Source of the DNA: Alphaproteobacteria bacterium
Lineage (GTDB): Bacteria; Pseudomonadota; Alphaproteobacteria; MPNO01; UBA830
DNA length: 64,000 nucleotides
NCBI GenBank assembly: GCA_965243135.1
Contig: OZ251539.1
Span: forward strand, 3,616,001 to 3,680,000
Reading direction: 5' to 3'
Positions 62,235-64,000 of this stretch are shown one piece after another. The translations under genes and the position numbers were made by a program. The notes under the pieces were generated by a model. The model was not told where the DNA came from, did not search any database, and was given only the letters and a program-made list of their open reading frames with translations. Each line of letters starts with the position of its first letter. Position 1 is the stretch's first letter.

Positions 62235-63697
62235 CTACATCCCTATCGAATTCATGATATCGTTCACGCTCTGCGGCTGCAATGCCCATCGGTAAGCCGG
62301 ATGAATCTCCCAATCGTAACCAAAATCATACACCTCATTTGCCAAAAATCTATTTTGGTCGAAATACTTTCTATCGATCCTCGAATCTAATTTTTTCGAG
62401 CAGTAATAAAATCAATCTTGTACAGAAACTGGATTAAGGACCTTGGTTCTACTTGCGTTCGATTCGTAAAATGGAGGCTGGAATGATCTATAATCTCTCT
62501 CATTTTCTTTACCAGTTCGTCAGTGGAGAATAGAAAACTGCTCGATGTCCTTCTTTCTCTTTTTGTCGGAGCCATACCAAGTAAAAGACTTCTAATTTGT
62601 GGGAGTTCACTGGAAAATTCATTAATCGTATCTTGAAGCCTCTCTAAGGAATATGGTTCAAACGATTTTTCGAAATCTATAGTTTCTATAGATTCATGAT
62701 TGTTATATGCATTACGAGCAGCGCTGTGTAAAAGCTTAACTAAATCTCTCGGTCTCCGCCTAGTTAATGATAATAACACATGATGTATCGAACGATTTCC
62801 CCAATGCCCTTTCCCTCTGAACTTAGAAACCATAATACTTGAAAGTATCTCTCTTGATATTCGGTTTTGGTCTAAATTGAGTATACGGTTTTGATCGTAA
62901 TCCTCTAAAAAACGTGCGTTCCCAAAATAAGTTACAATCCGTTTCGCGATCACCGCAAGAATTTCGTGATTTGTCCATGACAACCAAATCACGTGTCTTT
63001 CAATTTTGTCAGTGGACTCGTCAGACGTTCGGACGAGAAAATAAACATCGGTTCTTAGTCCAATTCGAAATTTGAGACGTTGGTCACTTCCAGATAGGTC
63101 TCGAATTGCATTCAGCATCGCGGAAATATTTCTTATGCTCTGATAAGATGCGTCCCAGCCTCTATCGATATCGTCTATATACACGGTTATCATTTCACTA
63201 TCCAAAAAATTTTCAACAATATTACGATTTAATTCATCGGCAAAGAACCGCTGTTTTTCCCGCAACGTGGACTTGAACGTATCAATTAATAACCGTGCAC
63301 TACCTCTTATCACATTAGTCATCTTGTTGATGTCACTATTTTGACCTATACGAGTAAAAAATTTTTCTATTATAGCGTTAATTAATCCAGTTTTCCAATT
63401 TTCTATTAATCGATTGAAATCTGATCTATCGGTGTTTTCAACATGAGAGATCAGATCATTAGGTCTAACCCACACAGACAGTTTTGAGTTTTCTTCGTCG
63501 TCTAGATACGCTCGCCGCAGCAAAGCGCTCTTTCCTATGCCTTTATGACCGACCAAAATGCGAATCGACATGTCAGCGATTAGGTTTTCATAAGTGCGAT
63601 TTGAGAAAAAATATTCCTTAAACCTTTCTGTATCTTCGTATTCTGCGTCCTCTGCGCCAAACAAGCGCTCATTTGTAACGTCGTTAAAGGTAATCAT
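62235..63697 (-). pseudogene. P-loop ATPase (Sll1717-like) with a frameshift near the 3' end
   Basis: LFGAEDAE, VGHKGIGKS, IDDIDRGW, LRTD, RPRDL. After the A6 run (62391-62396) another frame continues LDSRIDRKYFDQ..WEIHPAYRWALQP..* to 62235. Very low GC. Confidence 0.8.
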
Positions 63698-63752
63698 ACC
63701 CTATCCCTTTCCCTACATCGAATAGTTGCTGCAAAAGGCACCTATTGAACAG

Positions 63753-63781
63753 AGTATACCTCCTCACTAATTCTATGTCAA
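63753..63781 (-). promoter_or_regulatory. Near-consensus sigma70 promoter of the P-loop ATPase
   Basis: TTGACA-17-TATACT. Confidence 0.75.
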
Positions 63782-63812
63782 CACGATGTCAGTAACAGTG
63801 TCAGTAACAGAT

Positions 63813-64000
63813 GATATGTCCGGTCCATGTACCAAATGATCTCTTAGAAGGCTTCCAGACCAAAGGAGGTGGCGGCGGACGGAACAACGACAGGGACTGA
63901 GGAAGTTCGAAGAGGTGTCGCACCGGGGGTGCTGAGCCAGAGCGAGGCGGCGGAGGGCGTTTCGGAGCGCACCTTCCGGCGCTGGCGCTACGAGGCGGAG
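63813..64000 (+). mobile_element. IS481/ISNCY-like left end with decayed transposase N-terminus (runs off the window)
   Basis: GGAGG, then RRTEQRQGLRKFEEV and, in a shifted frame, GVLSQSEAAEGVSERTFRRWRYEAE (HTH-like). No start codon. Confidence 0.7.

Overview
High-GC alphaproteobacterial chromosome segment (Rhodospirillales-like gene order, inferred). Housekeeping blocks: coxBA-ctaB-ctaG-coxC, tRNA-Leu(CAG), kdsD-lptCAB-rpoN-hpf-ptsN, asd-fdhD-mobA, ubiA, sdhCDAB-zapE, purH, plus aromatic/organic-acid catabolism genes. The dominant accessory feature is a family of six full-length paralogs (plus one relic) of an AAA-ATPase/PD-(D/E)XK nuclease gene. Each copy has the same leaderless sigma70 promoter and shared flanking repeats, and the proteins are patchwork mosaics of one another. 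Three copies alternate in tandem with a duplicated low-GC glycosyltransferase, and one is inserted between rpoN and hpf. Copy 1 is split in frame by an 861-nt ORF-less group II intron whose EBS1 pairs exactly with the flanking exon; a second 5' fragment of a related intron lies at about 44 kb. Low-GC defence-like modules are also present (ABC-type ATPase + nuclease + methyltransferase; DUF262 + HEPN; a frameshifted Sll1717-like ATPase), along with an SF1 helicase-nuclease and relics of IS1634-, IS66- and IS481/ISNCY-like elements. No CRISPR array, rRNA, intact transposase, integrase or intact reverse transcriptase was seen. All family calls come from motif recognition by eye, not from database searches.
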